A stretch of 59,789 nucleotides of DNA, counting the filler, from Hypanus sabinus (lineage: Eukaryota): assembly GCF_030144855.1 (NCBI RefSeq). It is 4 parts of 4 records of this genome, joined end to end, with 100 filler letters (N's around TTAATTAATTAA, not from the genome) between each part and the next. Parts side by side here need not be neighbours in the genome. Positions count along the whole stretch, not along the records: positions 18,658 to 37,560 come from NW_026780989.1; 3 more parts are not named here. One strand, 5' to 3'. Of the stretch, positions 26,516 through 35,420 are shown one piece after another. Position numbers and translations under genes: made by a program. The notes beneath the pieces are model-generated. The model worked only from the letters and a program-made list of their open reading frames with translations, was not told where the DNA came from and made no database searches. Numbering within the stretch: the first letter of the stretch is position 1; the number at the start of each line of letters is the position of its first letter.

Positions 26516-26845
26516 ATGGAGCACGGACAAGCATTTCTCTTACTGGGGATCACGGCCTGGTTTACCTGTACGTACATTTAGTTAATTCCTCACTTTCTTC
26601 TTCTTCTTCTTTTCAGTATTATTATGATTATTATTCTCTCTCACTCGACCTACGCTCTTCAGATGGCGATTATTTTTCATCCTCTGTAACCGCACCCGTC
26701 GTGTCACTCCCTCAATTTCTGATTCATTCCCTACACCTCCCTTCATTTCCCCGGTCTTCTTCCACTCTCCGCCGCCCTCCTCCGGACACCGGTCACTAAG
26801 TATTCACTCCTTTCATTTTGTTCCCCTCCCTGTCCACAGGCGCGG
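26516..26845 (+). pseudogene. TRBV: V-beta pseudogene: leader exon and intron intact, V exon truncated by CR1 after about 5 nt
   Basis: Leader 26516-26567 MEHGQAFLLLGITAWFT + phase-1 donor GTACGT; the intron 3' half matches 31382-31577; acceptor ctgtccacAG GCGCG is followed by CR1 sequence. Confidence 0.78.
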
Positions 26846-27100
26846 TGTGGCTGGAACCGGAGGAAATAGAAAAGGGCCTTAATGAATGCTTTACTACAGT
26901 ATTGTCTTGTGGAAAAAAGATCTTGGAGATTGTAGTGATGACTTCCAGTAGACTGAAAAGTTTGAGCAAGTAGATATTAGGAAAGAGGATGTGCTGGAGC
27001 TTTTGGAAAGCATCAAGTTGGATAAGTTGCCAGGAACGGATGGAATATACCCCAGGCTTCTGTGGAGTTTGCCGAGCATCTGGCGATGCTATTGCTTTGC
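26846..27100 (+). mobile_element. CR1 internal fragment
   Basis: Near-copy of 22335-22590 (WLEPEEIEKGLNECF, KEDVLELLESIKLDK). Confidence 0.85.
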
Positions 27101-27127
27101 TATTGTATTTGCTTCCAGCGCCATTCG

Positions 27128-27130
<3 letters not shown>

Positions 27131-27196
<66 letters not shown>
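27131..27196. repeat. (GA)33 microsatellite
   Basis: Perfect dinucleotide run. Confidence 0.97.
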
Positions 27197-27198
<2 letters not shown>

Positions 27199-27309
27199 CT
27201 TCAAAAGACCCTTTTGTATTCGCTTCCAGCGCCATTCACTGAAGCATCCTTTTAACAAGCTGGCCTCCATGCGTCACATCATGGAATTCAGGTGTTGGGA
27301 CATTACAGA

Positions 27310-27950
27310 GCAGTCGACAAGACAATAGACAATAGACGCAGGAGTAGGCCATTCGGTCCTTCGAGCCAGCACCGCCATTCAATATGATCATGGCTGATCA
27401 TCCACAATCAGTGCCCTGTTCTTGCCTTCTCCCCATATCCCTTGACTCCGCTATCCTTAAGAGCTCCATCTAACTCTTTCTTGAAAACATCCAGAGAATT
27501 GGCCTTCACTGCCTTCTTAGGGAGAGCATTCAGTCGACCCATAACTCTCTGGGTGAAAATGGTTTTCCTGAACTCCATTCTTAATGGGCAACTCCTTATT
27601 CGTAAACTGTGGCCTCTGATTCTGGACTCCCCCAGCATCGGGAACATGTTTCCCGCCTCTAGCGTGTCCAATCCCTTCATAATCTTATATGTTTCAATCA
27701 GATCTCCTCTCATCCTTCTAAATTCCAGTGTATACAAGCACAGCTACTCCAATCTTTCAACACCTGACAGTCCCGCCATCCCGGGAATCAACCTTGTGAA
27801 CCCACGCTGCACTCCCTCAATAGCAAGAATGCCCTTCCTCAAATTTGGAGACCAAAACTGAACACAATACTCCAGGTTTGGTCTCACTAGGGCCCTGTAA
27901 AGCTGCAGAAGGACCTCTTTGCTCCTATACTCAACTCCCCTTGTTATGAA
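27310..27950 (-). mobile_element. CR1 LINE 3' fragment
   Basis: ORF 27408-27737 YTLEFRRMRGDLIETYKIMKGLD... Confidence 0.88.
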
Positions 27951-28269
27951 GACAGAGATAGCGAGAGAGAGGGGAGAGGAGTTGAGAGAGAGAGAGATAA
28001 GAGAGGGAGAGAGAGCGACTGANNNNNNNNNNNNNNNNNNNNNNNNNNNNNNNNNNNNNNNNNNNNNNNNNNNNNNNNNNNNNNNNNNNNNNNNNNNNNN
28101 NNNNNNNNNNNNNNNNNNNNNNNNNNNNNNNNNNNNNNNNNNNNNNNNNNNNNNNNNNNNNNNNNNNNNNNNNNNNNNNNNNNNNNNNNNNNNNNNNNNN
28201 NNNAGCTGACTCTACGGCAGATAACATTGAACGGAACGGCATACGTTATGGTGCGGCGGACCGAATTAC

Positions 28270-28345
28270 ATTGACTGTCACATTGATTCTGATTGGTTAA
28301 ATCAGGAGAAGAGGCGTGGCTTATCTCCGATATATAATGTCACAA
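28270..28345 (+). promoter_or_regulatory. Promoter of V2: CCAAT module, GC box, TATATA and decamer-like TAATGTCACA
   Basis: gattctgattggttaa 28285-28300 (ATTGG 111 nt before the ATG); aggcgtggc; TAATGTCACA 28335-28344 resembles the CRE-like decamer of mammalian TRBV promoters. Confidence 0.55.
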
Positions 28346-28407
28346 CCAGCGGAAAAGAGCGAATCTGCCTCATTCTGCCTCCCCTTTAACACCTCTTCCC
28401 CTTCAAT

Positions 28408-28984
28408 ATGGAGAGAATGAACCTTAAGAAGATGTTTCTGTTCCTGTGGATCATGTCCTGGTTTGGCTGTTAGTTCATTTCGTTCACTATCTAATTTCTC
28501 CCCTCTCTCGCTTTAACATTCATCAGATACTCTATTCTCGATTATTTCTCTTCCCAGGTTCCCCCACCCAGCCGATAACTGACAGTCTCACTGCCTCGTT
28601 ACATGTTCGTCTCTTTCCGCCAGTCGCGGCTCCCCACTCGGTCAACACGTCTCTTATTCCTCACCGGTTTTCCGCTCTCTGTCCACAGGTGGGAACTCGG
28701 TGACCGTCAGGCAGACTCCACCCGCACTCTCCGCCATGCCCGGCAGCGGAATGGAGTTACAGTGCACGGCGGATGGAGGGGGTAATACTCATTACATGTA
28801 CTGGTACAGACAGTACCCGGGGAGTGGCCCTCAGCTCCTGATCTACTCGATAGGCAACGCGCGTCTGGAACCGAAGGAAACAGCGGACGGGTTGACGGCC
28901 CAGAGGAATGACAACCAGTTCAACCTGATTTCTAAAAATTTGACTGTGAATCACTCGGCTCGTTATTTCTGCGCCTGGAGTCTA
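28408..28984 (+). CDS. TRBV: TCR beta V segment 2 (TRBV30-like), apparently functional
   Basis: Leader exon 28408-28468 (MERMNLKKMFLFLWIMSWFG, donor GTTAGT), 220-nt intron, V exon 28689-28984 open with Cys23, WYRQ and YFCAWSL. It aligns by eye with human TRBV30 (LECT..LYWYRQ..GLQLLFYS..RQFILSSKKL..YLCAWS). Confidence 0.92.
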
Positions 28985-29023
28985 CACAGCCGCCCGAACA
29001 GATGGTGAAGCCGAACAAAAACC
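28985..29023 (+). other. RSS, 23-bp spacer
   Basis: CACAGCC 28985-28991, 23 nt, ACAAAAACC 29015-29023. Confidence 0.95.
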
Positions 29024-29808
29024 TCCAACGTTGCCAGAGGGGCGGGGCTGTCAATAAAAAGAGTGCAGGCAGCCTCCACACTGAGAAGCGTGACGATACT
29101 GTCAATCAAATGATGGGGCGGGTCTTCCTGTCACAGCGAGGTTAGCCTGGTTCACAGCGTTTAATGTGCTTTTAACCAGAGGATGTAATAGGCGAACTTC
29201 GCCCAAGTAAGAATGAACACGATTCGGCCGGCACGGACCGATGAGGCTGCAGAGTCCGGTGTTCTGCCGTACATCCCTGACATTGGGACTGCGACCACCC
29301 ACAACCTGCCCCCCCCCCACACACCGTTTTATGAAGATCGAAAGCGCCCCGCTCGGCCGATAATCAGCAATCAGCCCCGCTGAGAACAAATACTGTTATC
29401 TGTACAGAATGCGTTCCCGTGACGCGCAACGCCCTCGCGTCACCGGATTGAACTCCATCCTCAGTCTCCCCGCTCCCGAAGTCCGGGGATGTTACCAATT
29501 TTAAGCCACTTAGGCGGCAAACTGCCGAAAGAGGAAAGGCCTAGATTATCGTTGCGGTGACTTTGTGCGGAGAGACAAGGTCGCCTAACATTCTCTTCCA
29601 TCGTCGGCTCTTTCGCGGACGAACCTCGTCTCCGTCCTGACCAATACAGTTTTTGTGACAGTCTCTATTTCTCCACTCTTCCTCTCAGTTGACCGAGCCC
29701 CTGCCCGCTAGTTCTCAGTCGCACCCTATTTTTATTGAGGTTCCGGGAGTTTCCGAATTTCGCCTATCATCCTCCGGCACGTTAAACGCTGTAAACGCCC
29801 CGCCCATG

Positions 29809-30088
29809 AATAACGTGCGGTGTGATTGGTAGTCAGATCATTGAATGTCAAGTTGAACTGGCTGTGCTGCCCCCTTGCGGTTACTGCGTCGGCCGTCTCC
29901 TTCTGACCGAGACTCTTGACGACGTTCGAGTAAATCAGGATCTGCGGTCCCTTCCCCGGGTGCTGTCTTCACCGTCACGTACAATCAGTGCGACTCCCCT
30001 CCTTCCGCCGTACACGGCGACGCCATTCCCGCGCCGGGAAGCCCGGCGGATGGGGCTGGATTCTGGCGGGCGGTCACTGAACTCCCTC
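29809..30088 (-). pseudogene. TRBV: Inverted V-beta pseudogene (V3) with a stop, frameshifts and no RSS
   Basis: Minus strand: acceptor ctgtctacAG, GSSVTARQNP..SPCTAEGG, QHPGKGPQILIYS, KETADAVTA, QFNLTFNDLTTNHTARY. The sequence breaks before Cys104. Confidence 0.85.
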
Positions 30089-30429
30089 CTGTAGACAGAG
30101 AGCGGGAAGAGAGAGGAAGCGGGTGACAGGCGCCCAAGAGAGAAAAGCAGTTAGTAGAAGGCCCCATGTGGACGGGACGCAGCAGAAGGACAGAAGCGCC
30201 GCTGAAACGAAGCCCTGACGGTGAGAGTTCCCTTGTGTGCCGGATCATAGGGAGAACGCTTTGGGGAGATCATAACATCGGAACAAATCGAAGCGAGAGC
30301 GGAGTGAGATATTTCACAAATCTACTTGCAACCAAACCAGGCCGCTATCCCCGCTAATACCCCACGTTCGGCCTGAATACCGGCATTTCAAGCCCCGGCA
30401 TTATCCCGTTGCTTTTATATTGTATTCCC

Positions 30430-31200
30430 CTTGAAATAAATGACGTTGCTTTTGCCTTCTTTACCACAGACCCCACCTGTAAATTAACCTTCTGGGAGTC
30501 CTGCTTGAGGACTCCAGAGTCCCTCTGCAGCTCTGATATTTGAACCTTCTCCCCATTTAGATAATAGTCTGCACTGTTGTTCCTTTTACAAAAAATGCAT
30601 TATCATACATGTCCCAACGCTGTATTCCATCTACCAGTTTTCTGGCCATTCTTCCAGTTTGTCTAAATCCTGCTGTAATCGCATTGCCACCTCAGCACTA
30701 CCTGCCCCTCAGCCTATCTTCGTATCATCTTCGCACTTCGATACAAAGTCATCAATTCAATTGTCCAAGTAATTGACAAACATCGTGAAAAGTAGCGGTC
30801 CCAACACTGACCCCTGACGGACATCACTAATCACCGGCAACCAACCAGAAAAGGCCCCTTTTATTCCCGCTCGCTACCTCCTGCCTGTCAGCCATTCCTC
30901 CCTCCAGGCCAGTATCTGACCTGTAACGCCAAAGGATTTTATCTTGTTTCCCGGCCTCAGCTGTGGCGCCTTATCAAATCCATTCTGAACATCCAAGTAA
31001 ATGACATCCACTGTCTTTCCTTAGTCCACCCGGTTTGTTACTTCCTCGAAGGACTCTTAGTCACGCAAGATTTTCCTTCACAAAAAAAGACGTTAACTTA
31101 TTTTATTGAAAGTCTCCAAGTACCCCGAAACCTCATCCTTAATAATGGACGCTAACACCTTCCCAAGCACGACCTTTACGAAGCAGTTGGAATAGCAGGT
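30430..31200 (-). mobile_element. CR1 RT fragment
   Basis: Reverse-strand CR1 RT sequence (GVPQGSVLGP / FADD regions) resembling other copies in the window. Confidence 0.8.
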
Positions 31201-31577
31201 AGCGCGTCGCGGTTATAACCCCGGAGTGTGCCCGAGTTCAGAGCTTTATTTGGAGATGATAGACATTGATATGATTATGAGTGGCGTTGATGGAGTCGAC
31301 AGTCAGAGATGCTTCCGCTGGGTAAATAAAAGTCAGGTCCTGGCTCTCATCAGCTTTAGCTTTAAAGAACGTTTTTCTTGCCTCGCCTTACGTTCTTCAG
31401 ATGGTGATTACTTTTCTTCCTCTGTAACCAGACCCGTCGTGTCTCACCCTCAATTTCTGTTTCATTCCCTACACCTCCCTTCAGTTCCCCTCCCTTGTTC
31501 CACTCTCCGCCGCCCTCCTCCGGACATCGGTCACTAAGTATTCACTCCTTTCATTTTGTTCCACTCCCTGTCCACAG

Positions 31578-31861
31578 GCGCGATGTCGGTGACCGTCCGC
31601 CAGACTCCGGCCGCGTTCACCGCACGGCCCGGCGACGGAATGGAGTTGCATTGTACGGCGGAGGGAGGGGGTGATACTCAGCCTATGTACTTGTACAGAC
31701 AGTACCCTGGGGACGGACCTCAGAATCTGATCTACTCAGCGAACAACGCGCACCTGGAACCGAAGGAAACAGCGGACGGGTTAACTGCCCAGAGGAAGGA
31801 CAAACAGCTTGACTGCGAAGCAGTCTCGTTATCGGCTCGTTACTTCTGCGCCTGGAGTCTG
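31578..31861 (+). pseudogene. TRBV: V-beta segment 4: open frame but Trp41 to Leu, FR3 four codons short, no adjacent leader
   Basis: AMSVTVRQTP..LHC..MYLYRQYPG..QRKDKQLDCEAVSLSARYFCAWSL; upstream of the half-intron (31382) lies repeat-derived sequence. Confidence 0.85.
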
Positions 31862-31900
31862 CACTGCCGCCCGAGCGGATGGTGAAACCGATCAAAAACA
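31862..31900 (+). other. RSS, 23-bp spacer, degenerate
   Basis: CACTGCC, 23 nt, TCAAAAACA. Confidence 0.8.
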
Positions 31901-32269
31901 CAGGTGCGGGGGTGGGGTGGACGTTTAAACTGGAATGGCGGGTGTGGGGCGAACCAATCCACAGCTCCAGAGCAGACAGTGGGGTGGTTGTTGGAAAGAG
32001 TTTGTTAAATCTACACACAAGGTCAGGAATACACGTCGGTTGCGCGTGCTGGGACGAGAGTTCTGAGCTGCGTCTGTTTCAAGGCAGGACGTATCATGTG
32101 AAATGCGGCGGGGATACAGCTTGGCTCCGCACGGGGATTTACCGCAATGTGGCGATTCGTGAGACTTGTTTGCAGATGGGGCAGGACCGGCCGCTCGGTG
32201 CTACGGGATTCCGCTATTGTGGGCAGGGTAGAGCGAGAGGGATTAACGGGGGGTGTTGGGCATTACCAG

Positions 32270-33330
32270 TTGTGGGTGTGGGGGGGGGGGCTGTGGTCTC
32301 CAGGGAGTCAAGGCCAAGTTCACTAAAGCTACGTTCAGAAGACGCGCTCTCCAAACCAGGAAACGTCCTTGTAAATCTCCACTGCACCCTCTCTACGGTA
32401 CCAATATCCCTTCTGTAATGAGGTGAGCAGAACTGAGCACAGTACTCCAAGTGAGTTCTAACGAAGGTCTTATATCGCTGTAACATTACGTCAGTCCCAC
32501 GGTTGATGAACGCGCTTTGTAAACAAATGAACGACCTCACACTTCTCCGGTTTGAACTCCATCTGCCACTTCTCAGCCCAGCTTTGCATTCTATCAATGT
32601 CCCGTTGTAACCTCTGACAGACCTCCGCACTATCCACAACACCCCCAGATTCTGCGTCATCAGCAAACGTACTAACGCAGCCTTCTACGTCCTCATCTAG
32701 GTCATTTATAAACATCACAAGGACGAGGGATCCCAGAACAGATCATTGCAGTCTCCCGCTGGTCACTGAACTCCATGCTGAGAATGAACGTTTTACAACT
32801 ACCCCTTGCCTGGCTCGAGAAAGCCAATGTTTCCTTGGATCCTAGACTTCCTTACTTTCTGCATGAGACGTATGGGGAACCTTATTAAATGCCTTGCTGA
32901 AATCCATACACACTGCATCCACTGCTCTGTCTTCATCAGTGTGTTTTGAGACATCCTCAAAAAATTCAATCTGGCCCGTAAGGCTCGACCTGCCCTTGAT
33001 AAAAACCTTTCTGACTGCCCTAAATCCGATTATATCTCTCCAAATGCTCGTCTGTCCCGCCTGTCAGGATCTTCTCCAACAACTTTCCCACCACTTAAGT
33101 AAGACTCGTTGGTTTATAATTTCCTGGGCAATCCCTACCCCCCGTTCTTGAACACGGGAACAACGTTTACAACGCTCCCAATCCCCAGGTACTTCTCGCC
33201 TCCGTACTGACGACGCAAAGATAATCATCAGAGGTTCAGCAACAATCTCCTCCCAGGCTTCCCACAGCAGTCCGAGCTGTACCTCGACGGGTCCCGCCGA
33301 CCTGTCTAACCTAATGCCCTCATAATGTCC
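32270..33330 (-). mobile_element. CR1 fragments
   Basis: INDLDEDVEGCVSTFADD and LQRYKTFVRTHLEYCAQF on the minus strand. Confidence 0.85.
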
Positions 33331-34152
33331 GATTATACAAAGTGCCTGTTAACTGCTCGTGTAACACTCTCTTCGACCAGCATTTTGATCTGGTGGGTGA
33401 TAACCCCCTCCTGCCCGGCCAAGCTTAAGAAATCTCATTTGGGTTGACGAGTCCGCGGTTACATACCAGTACCCCCGAAATAACAAACAGTACGCCATAC
33501 GCGACTAAATGATTAAGCTTTATAACGCTTGCTTTGACAACAATATATACAGGAAAAAGGGCGCCAATCTGTTGAAATGGTCTGCGCACAAATCGTTAGA
33601 TTTCACTCAGCATGGACTCGTGCCGGCCACTCGAATCCCTTCCGAGCGACCTAGCGCATCTCTCCATCCGCGTCTTCTCTTCTTCCTCCCCCTCGCGCCT
33701 TCTGGCAAAAAGCCCGCCAAACCGACATCTTCAAAGAAACACAAGGAAGAATAACACTCTCGCCCGTTGGATAGCCACCCGTTATCTCTAGTTATAACCC
33801 AAACATCGCTGCTGCGGAGTTGACGAGCTGGAAACTCTTCAAAAACAACTCGGAACTTGCGCAATCAGTTCGGCTCGAAAGCAGCGAGCTGGAAGTAACT
33901 GCGGCTCTGTGCATCACTAATCTTCTCGCCCAGAAACGTGGACTAAGGCAGACAGGGGGCATTACCTCCAATGTGCCTCTATCATCGCTTCAGGCAGCGC
34001 CCCCTGATCTCCTCTGAAATTAGCACCTCGGACAGTTTGTCTTATTATTGCGAGAAATTCGGGGATGAGAAGTGTCGAAACGCCGCCGGAGACCGCCGAT
34101 TCAGCGTGGAAGCCGGCTGGTGGGGAATCATGACAGGGACAGGAAGCCTAAG

Positions 34153-34191
34153 AGTTTCTGTTCGGCTTCTACATCTCTCTGGGCCTCTGTG
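34153..34191 (-). other. RSS, 23-bp spacer
   Basis: Minus strand CACAGAG (34191-34185), 23 nt, ACAGAAACT (34161-34153). Confidence 0.88.
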
Positions 34192-34732
34192 TGAACTCCA
34201 GGGCGCAGTAATACACGGCCGAGTGATTCGCCCACAGGCCGGAGGACGTCAGTTTGAATCTGCTTTCAGATGGTCTTTGCGCGGTGAAGCCGTCAACCTC
34301 CCCATCCGGGTGGACGTGAGCGGTGGTTTCGGAGAAGAACAGGTACTGTAGCCCCTTGCCCTGAGGCTGCCTGTACCAGAACAAGGTGGCTGTGCTACCC
34401 TTCACGGCGCACGACAGGTCCACGCTCGTCCCGGGAAATCCGGAGAACGCGGCGGGAGTCTGCTGGATGGTGACAGAGTTGACATCTGGGAAAAGGGGGG
34501 AGAAAGAGGAAGAGAGCGAATTTACCCGATAATCTGGGGACTGGAGCAAGAAATCAATAAAGGAGAAGGGTAGAGCTAGCAGGGAGGGAGGGGGTACAGC
34601 GGGGCGCAGAGACAAGGTAGCATTAGGCCAAAATATACTTCAGAGAGGAAATGAACCAATCAACATCGTATGTTTGAAAAAAAAATGCGACTTACAATGA
34701 AAGCGAGCCATTAATGCCAAGAGCAGAAGCAT
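34192..34732 (-). CDS. TRBV: TCR V segment of a second subfamily (V6), inverted, apparently functional; most likely beta
   Basis: Leader exon 34732-34696 (MLLLLALMARFH, donor GTAAGT), 210-nt intron, V exon 34485-34192 VNSVTIQQTP..LSC..LFWYRQ..DGFTAQRPSESRFKL..NHSAVYYCALEF. Confidence 0.85.
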
Positions 34733-34825
34733 CTTTTCTCCGCGCTTGCCGCTGGGATGTCCGAGAGGAGACAAAGGCGTACTTCTCGTAGTGTGGGGAA
34801 TTTGGCGAGAAAACGATGGGCGTTA

Positions 34826-34866
34826 AACCCGCCCATACCCATTGGTACGCTGACCAATCAGAATGA
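34826..34866 (-). promoter_or_regulatory. Promoter module of V6 (CCAAT box + GC box)
   Basis: Minus strand cattctgattggtca (34865-34851), 121 nt before the ATG, followed by gggcgggt. Confidence 0.55.
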
Positions 34867-35057
34867 AGATGCAATTGCAAGTTCCTGTCTGTACCATTTC
34901 CTAAACTCAATCTCCGTCTTCCTTCCCACATATCGCTCCGCTTTTTCTGTCATTCATGTGCCTGCATAAGATTCTCCTAATTATTTCTAATGTTTCTGCC
35001 TCCAGGACACCACCCCTAGGGTCATGTCGAATCTCTGGGCGTCCCAATTATTGTAGC

Positions 35058-35258
35058 GCTCTCCCTCTCTCTCTCCCCCCCTATCTCTCTCTCTCTCTCT
35101 CTCCCTCCCCCTCCCCCCTCTCTCTCTCCGCCCCCTCTGTCCCGTCTCTTTCTCCCTCCCCCTCCCTCTCTCTCTCCCTCTCTCTCTCCCCCTCTCTCTC
35201 TCACTCTCCCTCTCACTCTTCCCCCTCTCCCCTCCCCTCCCCCTCTCTCTCCCCCACA

Positions 35259-35299
<41 letters not shown>

Positions 35300-35420
35300 A
35301 TATCTCAATCTCTATCTCCCACTCGCTCTCAAATGGGTCCACTCTTTCTCAAACGGTCCACTCTTTCGCTTTCTGTCTCACGCACTCACACTCTCTCTCT
35401 CTTCTCGAGCTCTCCCTCTG
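35058..35420. repeat. CT-rich low-complexity tract / (CT)n
   Basis: Directly visible. Confidence 0.9.

Noticed and set aside
29420-29447. 8-bp inverted repeat GTGACGCG...CGCGTCAC
   Set aside because: Short hairpin in GC-rich DNA with no paralogous conservation seen.
29648-29656. Isolated reverse nonamer AGTTTTTGT (possible D/J RSS)
   Set aside because: No heptamer at 12 or 23 nt spacing.
32010-32240. Minus-strand stretch faintly like V FR3 (AFHMIRPALKQTQL..DVYS)
   Set aside because: Cys/Trp spacing is wrong, there are stops and no RSS; cannot be supported by eye.
33780-33915. VITQT and ELEVTAALC phrases suggesting another TRBV
   Set aside because: They are in different frames and only about 120 nt apart, far too close for a V domain.
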